Counted from the stretch's first letter, positions 19,371 through 31,854 are shown. The stretch: DNA of 64,000 bases from an uncultured Alphaproteobacteria bacterium (GCA_902579395.1 CACHGK010000002.1:19378-83377), one strand, 5' to 3'. Translations and numbers: made by a program. The notes: a model not told the origin generated them from the sequence alone.

Positions 19371-19937
19371 ATGAAACGGTTTTATTTAAAGGGAAATATA
19401 ATTTGTGCACTTCCGCAGCTCAATGACATATTTTTTTCTAAAAGTATAATTTATCTAACACACCATAACAAGGATGGTGCTTTAGGAATTGTTCTTAATT
19501 ATAAGATAATGAGTATAAAAGGTGCAGAACTATTCAAAAAGTTAAAAATCCATGATGTAAAAGATAACCTTGATATGGATTTTCTATTCCATATTGGAGG
19601 ACCTCTAAATCAAAATAATGGTTTTATTCTTCATTCACAAGACTATAAAAGTCAGCACACACTAAAAGTTACCAAAGATGTAAACTTAACTTGCTCAACA
19701 GAAATAATCACTGACATAGCTAGAAACAAAGGACCAAAAAAATACTTTATTTCACTTGGTTACTCTGGTTGGGGGCCTGGACAGCTTGAAGATGAAATTA
19801 AACAGAATAGTTGGATTAACCTTAGTGAAGAACTGGACTTATTATTTGATATAGATTCAGAAAAAAAATGGAAAAATGCTCTTAAAAAGATAGGAATAGA
19901 TTTCAAAAAATTCTCAAGTCACTCAGGAAATGCATGA
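19371..19937 (+). CDS. YqgE/AlgH family protein (UPF0301)
   Basis: 188 aa with the HHNKDGALGIVLN and YSGWGPGQLEDE motifs of the family. Confidence 0.7.
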   Translation: MKRFYLKGNIICALPQLNDIFFSKSIIYLTHHNKDGALGIVLNYKIMSIKGAELFKKLKIHDVKDNLDMDFLFHIGGPLNQNNGFILHSQDYKSQHTLKVTKDVNLTCSTEIITDIARNKGPKKYFISLGYSGWGPGQLEDEIKQNSWINLSEELDLLFDIDSEKKWKNALKKIGIDFKKFSSHSGNA

Positions 19938-21322
19938 TTGTTATTTTTTTTCGTAACCAACTCCTTAAATTTATTTAGGTCGTTCTCAATTGTGTAAAAT
20001 TTTTCCTGTTTATTGAATAAATCCATAAGTTTCTGAGGATAATCTATATCATCATTAATTGATTTCTTAACTGTACCTAGGAATTTTGCATAGTGTGCTG
20101 TTGCTAGATAAACTCTTTTCTTTGATTTTGATAATTTTTTCTTACCAACAGAACAACCTACTGCTGTGTGGGGATCAATTATTATATCATACTTTTCTTT
20201 AAAAAATTTAATTGTTTTGATAGTTTGTACATCATCAAGTTTTCCGGATTCAAAAATCAATTTTATTTTTTCTAATTTATCTTTTGGGATTTTAAATTTT
20301 CCAGTAGACTCTAGTTCTAAGAAGATTTTTTTAATAATTTTTCCTTCACTATAATAATCATATAATAATCTTTCAAAATTACTTGAAACTTGAATATCCA
20401 TACTCGGACTTAGAGATTTCTGTGTTTCTTTAATAGACATCTTTCCAGTTTTAAAAAATCTTGTCAAAATGTCATTTTTATTTGAACTTACAACTAATTT
20501 ATCAATAGGTAGACCCATTTTCTTTGATATATAACCTGCATATGCATTTCCAAAATTACCGGTTGGAACAACAAAACTTAATGGATTAAGGTTTTTATTT
20601 ACCCTAAAATAACTCCAAAAATAATATACAATTTGACCCATTATTCTTACCCAATTAATCGAATTCACAGCAGCAAGATTCAATTTTTTTGTTTTGTTAT
20701 TAAATTTAAAAAAATCTTTAATTAGTTTTTGGCAGTCATCAAAATCTCCCTTAACAGCAATATTTGAAACATTAGATTTTATAAAAGTTGTCATCTGTTT
20801 TCTTTGAACTTCACTCACTTTTCCCTTTGGAAAAAGAATGAACATTCTAATTTTACTTGACTTTGAACAACCATTAATTGCTGCTGAACCTGTATCACCA
20901 GAGGTAGCCCCAATTATTGTTAGATTAATTTTTTTTTTTTTTAATATATATTCGTAAATATTTCCTAAAAGTTGAAGGGCAAAATCCTTAAAGGCAAAAG
21001 TTGGTCCATGAAATAGATTAGATATATACTCCTTATCGTTCAGCTTTGTAATTGAAATTACATCTTTGCCAAATGCATTTTTGTAAGTTTTTAGACAAAT
21101 TTTTCTATATTCCTTTTCAGGGATATCTTTAGACAAGAATCTCTTTGTTATTTCGAAAGCAAGTTCTGGGTAATTTAATTTGCTCAAAGATTTTAGTTTG
21201 CTTTCATTGAAGCATGGAATTTTATTTGGGACATATAATCCTCCATCACTGGCCAGACCATTCAATAAAACATCAGTAAAACTTCTATTTTTATCTTCAC
21301 CTCTTGTTGACGAGTAAAGCAT
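19919..21322 (-). CDS. thrC: Threonine synthase
   Basis: PLP-enzyme motifs: the FHGPTFAFKD lysine region and GATSGDTGSAA. The likely start is the MLYSSTRGE Met at 21322. The ORF-track start at 21391 would overlap surf1. Confidence 0.85.
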   Translation of the reverse strand: MLYSSTRGEDKNRSFTDVLLNGLASDGGLYVPNKIPCFNESKLKSLSKLNYPELAFEITKRFLSKDIPEKEYRKICLKTYKNAFGKDVISITKLNDKEYISNLFHGPTFAFKDFALQLLGNIYEYILKKKKINLTIIGATSGDTGSAAINGCSKSSKIRMFILFPKGKVSEVQRKQMTTFIKSNVSNIAVKGDFDDCQKLIKDFFKFNNKTKKLNLAAVNSINWVRIMGQIVYYFWSYFRVNKNLNPLSFVVPTGNFGNAYAGYISKKMGLPIDKLVVSSNKNDILTRFFKTGKMSIKETQKSLSPSMDIQVSSNFERLLYDYYSEGKIIKKIFLELESTGKFKIPKDKLEKIKLIFESGKLDDVQTIKTIKFFKEKYDIIIDPHTAVGCSVGKKKLSKSKKRVYLATAHYAKFLGTVKKSINDDIDYPQKLMDLFNKQEKFYTIENDLNKFKELVTKKNNNHAFPE

Positions 21323-21327
21323 AGTTA

Positions 21328-22044
21328 TTAATTTTTTTTTAAGTTTGCTGCAACGAAAACACCAACCAAACCAAATGCAATCATCATCCATGTTAGAGCA
21401 TACTGAAGATGATTATTTCTTAAATAAATTCTTGTCTGATTTCCTAATGGAAATCCATTTGGTCCGTTGTTAGTAGCTTCTAGATAAAATTTATCATCAA
21501 GATTTAGTCCCGTATAATTTGTCATTAAACTAGGTTCAACAAAAAACCAAGTATTACTTTTTATATCATTTTCAGGCTGAAAATAACCTTTCCTTCCTGA
21601 GGTTCTAATTACAGCTTCAAAGTTTTGTATATCATTAAAAATATTTTCTAATCTTTTATTTTTATCTTTTATTGCAAGCGGAATCCAACCCGTATCAAAA
21701 ATTATATATTTACCATCGTTTGTTTTTAAAGGAACTAATATGTGAAAACCATTATTTCCTCTCTTACTTAGAGCAGGCATATACATTTCGTATTCATTAA
21801 GAAGTTTACCTTTTATTTTAACTTTCCTGAATTCATTTTCCTCTGGATTATTAATTGTTTTAAAATCAACTGGATCTAATTCAAAACTGTTTATCCTTTG
21901 AGAGATTAAATTCTCTTTCCAAACTAATCGCTTGAATTGCCAAGCAGAGAGCATTACGAGCACCATGAGAGCTGACATGAAAGCCACCAAAGGAATAATC
22001 TTAGGTTTAAAAGAATAAGTTTTTGAATTAAATTTAAATTGCAT
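21328..22044 (-). CDS. SURF1 family cytochrome oxidase assembly protein
   Basis: N- and C-terminal transmembrane segments flanking a periplasmic domain. It follows coxC. Confidence 0.75.
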   Translation of the reverse strand: MQFKFNSKTYSFKPKIIPLVAFMSALMVLVMLSAWQFKRLVWKENLISQRINSFELDPVDFKTINNPEENEFRKVKIKGKLLNEYEMYMPALSKRGNNGFHILVPLKTNDGKYIIFDTGWIPLAIKDKNKRLENIFNDIQNFEAVIRTSGRKGYFQPENDIKSNTWFFVEPSLMTNYTGLNLDDKFYLEATNNGPNGFPLGNQTRIYLRNNHLQYALTWMMIAFGLVGVFVAANLKKN

Positions 22045-22050
22045 TATTGG

Positions 22051-22872
22051 CTAAATTGAAGCCCACCAATAAACAAAAGTAAAAAGGAACAACCAAACTA
22101 CATCAACGAAGTGCCAGTACCATGCCGCAAATTCAAAACCAAGATGTTTGTTTGGCTTAAAATGACCTGATAGAGCTCTGATGTAGCATACTATCAAGAA
22201 TATGGTACCTACAATAACGTGAAAACCATGAAACCCTGTCGCCATATAGAATGTTGATGGATAAATTCCATCCTCAATTGTAAAGTTAGCATGTTGGTAT
22301 TCGTAGGCTTGAAATCCAGTAAAAACTATACCTAAAATAACAGTCAATAAGAGAAATAATAGAAAATTTTTTCTGTCGTTAGCTCTTAGCGCATGATGCG
22401 CCCAAGTAACAGTGCCACCAGAAGCTAAAAGGATAAAAGTATTTAGTAGAGGAATTCCAAAAGGAGGGATAAGTTCGATATCATTTGGAGGGAAAACACC
22501 TTCCATGGATTCTATTCTACCTATTAACTCAGGGCTTTCGGAGCCAGGATAAAAGGCCACATCAAAGAATGCCCAAAACCAAGCAGCGAAGAACATAACT
22601 TCGGACATGATAAATAAAATCATTCCGTATCTAAGTCCAATCTGCACTACTTTATTATGGTGAATTCCACCCTCAGATTCTGTTACAACATCGCGCCACC
22701 AGAAAAAGCTAGATAGAACAACCGCAATTGTACCAATTATAAAAATTAAAGATTTGTCATCGTGCATAAATAAAATAAAACCGATTGCCATTAAAAGGGC
22801 TGAGAAACCAGTAACTAAAGGCCATGGGCTTGGGTCTACTAAATGATATGGATGTTTTTGATTGGCGCTCAT
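22051..22872 (-). CDS. ctaE: Cytochrome c oxidase subunit III
   Basis: HPYHLVDPSPWP N-terminus and a seven-helix profile. Confidence 0.9.
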   Translation of the reverse strand: MSANQKHPYHLVDPSPWPLVTGFSALLMAIGFILFMHDDKSLIFIIGTIAVVLSSFFWWRDVVTESEGGIHHNKVVQIGLRYGMILFIMSEVMFFAAWFWAFFDVAFYPGSESPELIGRIESMEGVFPPNDIELIPPFGIPLLNTFILLASGGTVTWAHHALRANDRKNFLLFLLLTVILGIVFTGFQAYEYQHANFTIEDGIYPSTFYMATGFHGFHVIVGTIFLIVCYIRALSGHFKPNKHLGFEFAAWYWHFVDVVWLFLFTFVYWWASI

Positions 22873-22875
22873 TCG

Positions 22876-23406
22876 TTATCTTACATACATTGTGTAGGAC
22901 AATGTTATTTCCTTTAAATCATTAATAAATTTATCATCTTTAATAGCAGGGTCAATAAAAAAAGAAACAGGCATACTCACCTCCTGCATAGGAGAGATAA
23001 TTTGTTCCTCAAAACAAAAACACTCTATTTTATTGAAATATTTTCCGGCTTGTAGCGGTGTAACATTAAAAACTGACATAGTTGATATTTTCTTATCTGA
23101 TTTATTGACCGTTTTAAAAAATGCTAGATTGTTTTCTCCAATTTGAACTTTCATTGTTCTTTTTTCTGGCTTAAACGAAATAATTGAATTTTTTTCAATC
23201 GATGAATCAAATCTGACGCTTATGCTTTGTGAAATTGAATTATATTTATTTGTTTCAGATATTTGAGGAGTCCCACCATAACCAGTAACTTGACAAAATA
23301 ACTTATATAAAGGGACTGCTGCATAGCTCATTAACAACATACCTAACGCAAAGATGGTAAGCATTACAGCTTGATTAATTTTCTTTTTTTCAGTTCTCAT
23401 CTGCAT
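22876..23406 (-). CDS. ctaG: Cytochrome c oxidase assembly protein CtaG/Cox11
   Basis: CFCF copper-binding motif (KIECFCFEEQ) and a single N-terminal transmembrane segment. The start is probably the MQMRTEKKK Met at 23406, one nucleotide after the small ORF stop. Confidence 0.85.
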   Translation of the reverse strand: MQMRTEKKKINQAVMLTIFALGMLLMSYAAVPLYKLFCQVTGYGGTPQISETNKYNSISQSISVRFDSSIEKNSIISFKPEKRTMKVQIGENNLAFFKTVNKSDKKISTMSVFNVTPLQAGKYFNKIECFCFEEQIISPMQEVSMPVSFFIDPAIKDDKFINDLKEITLSYTMYVR

Positions 23407-23407
23407 G

Positions 23408-23497
23408 TTAAAACTTAAATACGGTAACAATATAAAATATAGTTGCTAAAAAAAACAACGCTAGTCCTAATGCTATGTTTTTTTTATTATTTTTCAT
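23408..23497 (-). CDS. Small single-transmembrane ORF (29 aa, MKNNKKNIALGLALFFLATIFYIVTVFKF), CoxF-like by position
   Basis: It starts at an ATG 4 nt after the ctaB stop and ends 1 nt before the ctaG ATG. It has a basic N-terminus followed by one hydrophobic helix. It falls below the ORF-track size cutoff. Confidence 0.4.
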   Translation of the reverse strand: MKNNKKNIALGLALFFLATIFYIVTVFKF

Positions 23498-23501
23498 TCT
23501 A

Positions 23502-24413
23502 TTATATCAAGGAGTCTATTACCAATGACGAAAATATTAAATATAAATAAATTATAGAAAATTTAAAAAGTTTAGGTGCATAAAAAGAATTTTTACTATC
23601 CTCACTCTTAAACAATGAAAAAGATAAGTAACAAAAATATAGGTTTAAAAGTATTGCGCAAATTGCATACATATATCCAGAAAACTCAAAATAAAAAGGT
23701 AATAAAGAAACAAAAAAGAGCACAAATGAATAAATTAGAATTTGTTTTTTAGTTTCCCTCTGACCTTTTACGACTGGTAACATCGGAACATTAGCTTTTG
23801 AATACTCAATATCTTTGTATAGCGCTAAAGCCCAAAAATGAGGAGGGGTCCAAAAAAAAATAATGCAAAATAATAATGTTGGAAATAAACTAACATCTCC
23901 AGTTGAACAAGCCCAGCCAATAACTGGTGGAAATGCACCTGATGCTCCTCCTATAACAATGTTTTGAGGGGTTCTCCTTTTCAACCAAATTGTATATATA
24001 CAAACGTAAAAGAGAATTGAGAAGGCCAGAAGAAGAGCTGCTTTATAATTGACTGACAATCCTAATAGAATGATGGCTATGAGTGAGAGCACAACACCAA
24101 AGCCTAATGCATCGAGTGGTTCTATCTTACCCTGTGGAACTGCTCTTTTCTTTGTTCTTTCCATAAGTGAGTCTATGTCTTTATCGTACCACATGTTGAT
24201 TGCTCCTGAAGCTCCAGCTCCAACAGATATACATAAAATTGAAATAAAAAAGAAGAAAGGATGAATTGACACAGGAGCAAGGATTATTCCACATATAGAT
24301 GAAAAAACTGCAAGTGCCATTACTCTTGGTTTAAGAAGGGATATGTAGTCGCCAACAGAACTGCTTGAATCATGAAGACTTTGATTCTGATATTTAGCCA
24401 ATTTTGAATTCAA
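23502..24413 (-). CDS. ctaB: Protoheme IX farnesyltransferase (heme O synthase)
   Basis: UbiA-family polyprenyltransferase with the DKDIDSLMERTKKR motif. Confidence 0.85.
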   Translation of the reverse strand: MNSKLAKYQNQSLHDSSSSVGDYISLLKPRVMALAVFSSICGIILAPVSIHPFFFFISILCISVGAGASGAINMWYDKDIDSLMERTKKRAVPQGKIEPLDALGFGVVLSLIAIILLGLSVNYKAALLLAFSILFYVCIYTIWLKRRTPQNIVIGGASGAFPPVIGWACSTGDVSLFPTLLFCIIFFWTPPHFWALALYKDIEYSKANVPMLPVVKGQRETKKQILIYSFVLFFVSLLPFYFEFSGYMYAICAILLNLYFCYLSFSLFKSEDSKNSFYAPKLFKFSIIYLYLIFSSLVIDSLI

Positions 24414-24442
24414 AATGTCCCTCAGCTTGAAAAATATTCAAA

Positions 24443-26832
<2,390 letters not shown>

Positions 26833-26991
26833 AAAACGTATTATACAATTAATTACGTTAAATATAATGATGATTTAAAAAAAAACAAATAAATATTCAT
26901 TTAATATTAATAAACATTAATTATATAATTCTAAATAACAATTTAATCTATACAATATTATACTCAATATAGGATTTAGGCACTCTGGCTC

Positions 26992-28404
26992 ATGAAAAGA
27001 ATAAAAAAAAGTTGGGATGAAAAAAAAGTTGAATCACAAGTAGATCAACTTTTGGGAGATTATGATGATGGAGAATTATTCGTTGAAGAAGTTTTTTCGG
27101 AAAATATATTATTCGACGATAACAAAATCAAAAATGCTAGTTACGACCAAGATAGAGGTTTTGGATTGAGAGCTGTTTATGACGATTCAGTTTGCTTCAC
27201 ACATAATTCAGATTTGAACGAAGAATCAATAAATACTGCAGTAAAATTTTTAAAATCATCCAAGAATCATTTTGTTCAAGGTTCTAACCCAATACCAATA
27301 AGCCTAAAAAGTAATAAATCATTATATACAAACGAAAATCCGATCAATTCAATTTCTTTAGCCAAAAAAATTAATTTTTTAGAGAAAATCAACAAGTATG
27401 CTAGAAAGATAGATTTAGCTGTAAAAGAAGTTTCTGTCAGCCTAAATGGTAATTATCAGAATATAGAAATTATAACCAAAAATGGAGATATATTTTATGA
27501 TTCTCGTCCACTTGTAAGGATGAACATAAATATCTCTATCGAGAAAAATGGAAAGATTGAAAGCGGTTCTTTTGGTATGGGAGGAAGATACTTATACGAA
27601 AATTTGTTAAAAGATATTAACTGGAAGAACGGGGTAAACAGAGCCTATGAACAGGCTTTGGTAAAGCATTCAGCCAAAGAAACACCAGCTGGTGAGCAGA
27701 CTGTGATTTTGGGTTCTGGTTGGCCAGGAATTTTGTTACACGAAGCCATTGGTCATGGATTGGAAGGTGACTTTAACAGAAAAAAAACATCAGCTTTTTA
27801 TGATCTTGTCGGTCAAAAAGTTGCTTCAGAGCAAATATCAGTTGTAGATGATGGAACAATTGACGACAGAAGAGGTTCAATAACAATTGATGACGAGGGT
27901 ACTCCCTCGGAATGCACCACACTTATTGAGAACGGTGTTTTGAAAGGATTTATGCATGACAGACTAAATGCAAGGCTTATGAGTCAAAACTCAACAGGTA
28001 ATGGCAGACGTCAAAGTTACTCTCACTTACCAATGCCAAGAATGACCAATACTTATATGCTCAATGGAAAATATGAACACGATGAACTTATAAAATCTAC
28101 AAAAAAAGGGATCTATGCAACGCAGTTTAGTGGTGGGCAAGTTGACATAACTTCAGGAAAGTTTGTTTTTAGCGCATCTGAAGCCTATGAAATCGAAAAT
28201 GGTAAAATTGGTAAGCCACTTAAAGGTGCCACACTAATAGGCAATGGACCTGAGATCCTTAAAGAAGTAACAATGGTGGCAAACAACTTAGAATTAGATG
28301 ATGGTATTGGAACTTGTGGCAAAGAAGGTCAAAGTGTTCCTGTAGGAGTAGGTCAACCAAGCCTTAAAGTAAGAAATTTAACTGTTGGAGGGACTTTAAA
28401 ATAG
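26992..28404 (+). CDS. tldD: Metalloprotease TldD
   Basis: HEAIGHGLEGDF metal-binding motif; 470 aa. Confidence 0.85.
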   Translation: MKRIKKSWDEKKVESQVDQLLGDYDDGELFVEEVFSENILFDDNKIKNASYDQDRGFGLRAVYDDSVCFTHNSDLNEESINTAVKFLKSSKNHFVQGSNPIPISLKSNKSLYTNENPINSISLAKKINFLEKINKYARKIDLAVKEVSVSLNGNYQNIEIITKNGDIFYDSRPLVRMNINISIEKNGKIESGSFGMGGRYLYENLLKDINWKNGVNRAYEQALVKHSAKETPAGEQTVILGSGWPGILLHEAIGHGLEGDFNRKKTSAFYDLVGQKVASEQISVVDDGTIDDRRGSITIDDEGTPSECTTLIENGVLKGFMHDRLNARLMSQNSTGNGRRQSYSHLPMPRMTNTYMLNGKYEHDELIKSTKKGIYATQFSGGQVDITSGKFVFSASEAYEIENGKIGKPLKGATLIGNGPEILKEVTMVANNLELDDGIGTCGKEGQSVPVGVGQPSLKVRNLTVGGTLK

Positions 28405-28407
28405 AGT

Positions 28408-28695
28408 CTATTTATGTGTCTTATCGAAAATTTGTTCTTCATATAAAATAAAAGACTTTATCATACTTTTCCATAAATCTCTGACTAATTTCTGAGGAAC
28501 ACCTCTTTTCTTTGCTTCAGTATCAAGTTTGTTTAAAATTTCATTAATTCTTTTTTGATCAACAATTTGATTCTTATTCTTAAACTTAACCACTTGAGTA
28601 ACCAAATCTTTTCTGTCAGATATTAAATTTAATATCTTTAAATCAATCTTATCGATCTCAATTCTAATTTCATTTATATTGCTAGGTTTGCTCAT
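28408..28695 (-). CDS. Chorismate mutase (AroQ class)
   Basis: 95 aa. IRIEIDKIDLKILNLISDRKDL is the AroQ helix-1 pattern. Confidence 0.65.
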   Translation of the reverse strand: MSKPSNINEIRIEIDKIDLKILNLISDRKDLVTQVVKFKNKNQIVDQKRINEILNKLDTEAKKRGVPQKLVRDLWKSMIKSFILYEEQIFDKTHK

Positions 28696-30031
28696 TAGTA
28701 AATTTAAAGTAATTATTTTTATATAACATATCTATATCTTTAGACCATTGATTAATATATAAATCTTTCCAAATATCGGCAGGTGAATTACCCTGTTTAA
28801 GAATCACTCTCAATGGATCTAAAAATGATTCTTCATTCTTTCCGTTTAATTCGATTTTTCTATTTCTTAATCCCATAGATGATAAATCTAAAATTTTTTT
28901 TGAAAATTCTATTAAATTTTCACCATTAGGAACAATTGTTCTAAGGCCATTTCTTCTTACATCTGCATATAAATTTTGAACATCATTGAATGACCAATCA
29001 TCAATTATTCCAGAGACTTCATCCAAGACATTTTCATCGTACAGTATTCCAGTCCAAAAAGCTGGTAAGGCACACACTCTTGACCAAGGTCCTCCGTCTG
29101 CACCCCTTAATTCTATGAAAGACTTTAGTCTGACCTCAGGAAAAACAGTGGTAATATGCGTATCCCAATCCTTTAATTCTGGTTCATACTTATCAATTAT
29201 TTTTTTTTGTAAAAAATCTTTGAATGTGTTCCCTGTAAGATCTACGTACCTGTTATTTCTAATTATAAAGTACATTGGTACGTCTAAGAGATAATCAACA
29301 TACCGTTCAAATGAAAAGTTTTCTTCGTAAATAAAAGGCAAAACACCACATCTTCTAGGATCTGTCTGAGTCCATATATAAGATCTATAACTTAAGTATT
29401 CTGTGAGTTTTCCACTTACAAAAGGTGAATTAGCATATAATGCTATTATTAATGGTTGGATTGATTGAGAAACTCTAAATTTTTTTACCATATCTTCCTC
29501 AGAAGAAAAATCAAAGTTAGCTTGGATTGTAGTTGTTCGCATCATCATATCTAATCCTTTTTTACCAACTTTTGGCATATATTTACTCATTATTTGATAT
29601 CTTTCTTTCGGTATTATCTTTAGATCAGATAAATTCCATTTTGGAAGAACACCTATTCCCATGAATTCTATTTCATATTTGCGACAAACTTCATTTAATT
29701 CATCGTGGTGCTGATTTACTTCTTTGCAAGTATGAAATAAATTTTTTAATGGAGCTCCTGATAATTCAATTTGACCTCCAGGTTCAAGGGTAATAGATGC
29801 TTTATCTTTTCTTAGTTCTATAATATTTCCACTTTCTTTAACAGCAGACCAATTATATTTATTAATTAAATCACTAAAAATGTTTTGTATATCCTTAAAA
29901 GTCAGAGGGGTTAGATCTTTTTTTTTGAAACCAAATTTTTCGTGCTCTGTACCAATTTTCCAGTCAACCTTTGGTTTACATCCATCGGAAAATCTTGAAA
30001 TAAGGTTTTTTTTATCAAATATTTCAGTCAC
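28682..30031 (-). CDS. gshA: Glutamate-cysteine ligase, plant/alphaproteobacterial type (GCS2)
   Basis: 449 aa. KIGTEHEKFGF and the surrounding conserved blocks match the GCS2 family. Confidence 0.8.
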   Translation of the reverse strand: MTEIFDKKNLISRFSDGCKPKVDWKIGTEHEKFGFKKKDLTPLTFKDIQNIFSDLINKYNWSAVKESGNIIELRKDKASITLEPGGQIELSGAPLKNLFHTCKEVNQHHDELNEVCRKYEIEFMGIGVLPKWNLSDLKIIPKERYQIMSKYMPKVGKKGLDMMMRTTTIQANFDFSSEEDMVKKFRVSQSIQPLIIALYANSPFVSGKLTEYLSYRSYIWTQTDPRRCGVLPFIYEENFSFERYVDYLLDVPMYFIIRNNRYVDLTGNTFKDFLQKKIIDKYEPELKDWDTHITTVFPEVRLKSFIELRGADGGPWSRVCALPAFWTGILYDENVLDEVSGIIDDWSFNDVQNLYADVRRNGLRTIVPNGENLIEFSKKILDLSSMGLRNRKIELNGKNEESFLDPLRVILKQGNSPADIWKDLYINQWSKDIDMLYKNNYFKFTNEQT

Positions 30032-30732
30032 TCAATTAAAGCCCTAAAACATGAAAGTGCATAAATTGCGGCTGTATCTGCTTTTAAAATATTTTCACCC
30101 AAACTAAATTTATGAATCTTTAAATCGTTAAATAATTTTCTGTCATTTAACGACCACCCACCAATCGGACCAATAAATAATGCATATTTTTGGTATTGAT
30201 TAAAAATATCTTTTGAGTCAAAAATTTTTTTACCTCCAGTCTCGTCACAAAAAAATATCATTCTATCAACATCCCAATTTTTTAAAAGATTTTCAATCGA
30301 TTGTACTTGAGTGATATCCGGTATTTCGATAGAGTTACTTTGTTCAATAGCCTCAATAGAGATTTTTTTTAGTCGATTAACATTGAAACCTTTCTTCTCT
30401 GAATATTCAGTGGTTAAAGGAAGAATTTTTTTTACTCCAATTTCAGAAATTTTTTCTACCAAGTAATTTACATTTTTTTTTTTTACTAAACTGAAGCAAA
30501 CCCAAACGTCTGGTACGTAAAAGTTTGATCTTAATTTTTTAATTGGCTTGATTGAAATCTTTTCTTCAAGCAAAAGAATACATTTCCACTCTGATTTTCT
30601 ATCAAACGCCATGATTATTTCTCCATTTTTTTTTCTCATTACGTTTTTGATGTAGTGAATATGATCTGAATTAAGTAAAATTTTTTGATCTTTTATAATC
30701 TTTGTTTCTAAGTATATTCTGATTCTAGACAT
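30028..30732 (-). CDS. rsmE: 16S rRNA (uracil1498-N3)-methyltransferase RsmE
   Basis: 234 aa with PUA-like N-terminus and a SPOUT C-terminal domain (IGPIGGWSLNDRKLF). Confidence 0.7.
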   Translation of the reverse strand: MSRIRIYLETKIIKDQKILLNSDHIHYIKNVMRKKNGEIIMAFDRKSEWKCILLLEEKISIKPIKKLRSNFYVPDVWVCFSLVKKKNVNYLVEKISEIGVKKILPLTTEYSEKKGFNVNRLKKISIEAIEQSNSIEIPDITQVQSIENLLKNWDVDRMIFFCDETGGKKIFDSKDIFNQYQKYALFIGPIGGWSLNDRKLFNDLKIHKFSLGENILKADTAAIYALSCFRALIE

Positions 30733-30738
30733 ATTTTT

Positions 30739-31620
30739 ATGAACAAAATACTCGTTATGTTTAAAATAATAATTACAAAATGCAAGGATTTATTAATTCT
30801 TGGTCGATATAATAATCCAGCTGGTGCTTTTCTTCTGATGTGGCCATGTTATTGGGGAGTGTTATCAAATATTAGTACAAAAGAAAACTTATTTTCATCT
30901 TTATTTTTATTTGGAGTAGGTTCGTTTGTAATGAGAGGGGCGGGTTGCTGCATCAATGATATTTTTGATAAAAAGTTTGATAAGAAAGTTGAAAGAACAA
31001 AAAATAGGCCCCTAGTCACAGGGAAAATTATCGTAAAAGAAGCAATTATATTTACTTTTTTTCAACTTTTTATAGGTTTAATGGTGGTAATCCAATTTAA
31101 TCCAAAAGTCATAATTTGTAGTTTTTTGATAATTCCAATTGTTGTTATTTATCCCCTTCTTAAAAGAGTAACATATTTTCCACAGATCGCATTAGGTTTA
31201 GCATTTAATTGGGGAGTAATTGTAGGGAGTCTAAATCAAGACCAAAATATCAATTATTCAATTTTTTATCTTTATTTCGCTGGTGTTTTTTTGACAATCG
31301 CATATGACACTATCTACGGATTTCAAGATATAAAGTATGATAAGAAATTAGGATTGAAGTCTTTAGCAATTCTTTTGGAAAATAATAAAATAATAATTTT
31401 TTATCTGTATATGATTAGTTTTATCTTATTCTTAACTTTTTTTTTAAACAATTTTAGTAATAAAATTACAAGCTTTCTCTGTGGTTTTGTCATTTTTATT
31501 ATTTTTAGTTACCAATATATTTTATTTAAAAGAAATAAATCTTTGATTAAAATATTTAAAACTAATGTAATATATGGAGGATTAATTTCTGTTCTTATCG
31601 CAATTCAAAATTATTTATGA
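30739..31620 (+). CDS. ubiA: 4-hydroxybenzoate polyprenyltransferase
   Basis: UbiA motifs NDIFDKKFDKKVERTKNRP and DTIYGFQDIKYDKKLG. The start may be the MFKII Met at 30757. Confidence 0.8.
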   Translation: MNKILVMFKIIITKCKDLLILGRYNNPAGAFLLMWPCYWGVLSNISTKENLFSSLFLFGVGSFVMRGAGCCINDIFDKKFDKKVERTKNRPLVTGKIIVKEAIIFTFFQLFIGLMVVIQFNPKVIICSFLIIPIVVIYPLLKRVTYFPQIALGLAFNWGVIVGSLNQDQNINYSIFYLYFAGVFLTIAYDTIYGFQDIKYDKKLGLKSLAILLENNKIIIFYLYMISFILFLTFFLNNFSNKITSFLCGFVIFIIFSYQYILFKRNKSLIKIFKTNVIYGGLISVLIAIQNYL

Positions 31621-31796
31621 GGGAGCACTATATATCTAATGTTACAATTATCAACATTTTCCCAAGAGATTTTCTCCCAAAGTCTCCTGGCATCTGCGTA
31701 AGAATTAAATGGACCATATTTTTCTTGCTCACATCCCTCTGCAAATTCTTTGAATAATGTATTTTTATATGTCCCACCTACAACATAATAACTCAT
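31611..31796 (-). CDS. DUF4170 family small protein
   Basis: 61 aa, MSYYVVGGTYKNT…ARRLWEKISW. Its end overlaps the ubiA 3' end convergently. Confidence 0.55.
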   Translation of the reverse strand: MSYYVVGGTYKNTLFKEFAEGCEQEKYGPFNSYADARRLWEKISWENVDNCNIRYIVLPHK

Positions 31797-31854
31797 AAAA
31801 AAATAATATTGACATATTGAATTTATAGCAAATTAAAATATAAATTAATGAAGT

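Noticed and set aside
26833-26991. Perfect 10-bp palindrome TTAATATTAA and other AT palindromes in the coxB/tldD divergent promoter region as possible regulator (FNR-like) sites
   Set aside because: At this AT content such palindromes are expected by chance, and no TTGAT-N4-ATCAA-type consensus is present. I cannot distinguish them from background.
31797-31854. Sigma-70-like promoter (TTGACA … A/T-rich -10) upstream of pmbA
   Set aside because: -35/-10 hexamer matches in a 58-bp spacer at about 30% GC are not discriminating without transcription start site data.
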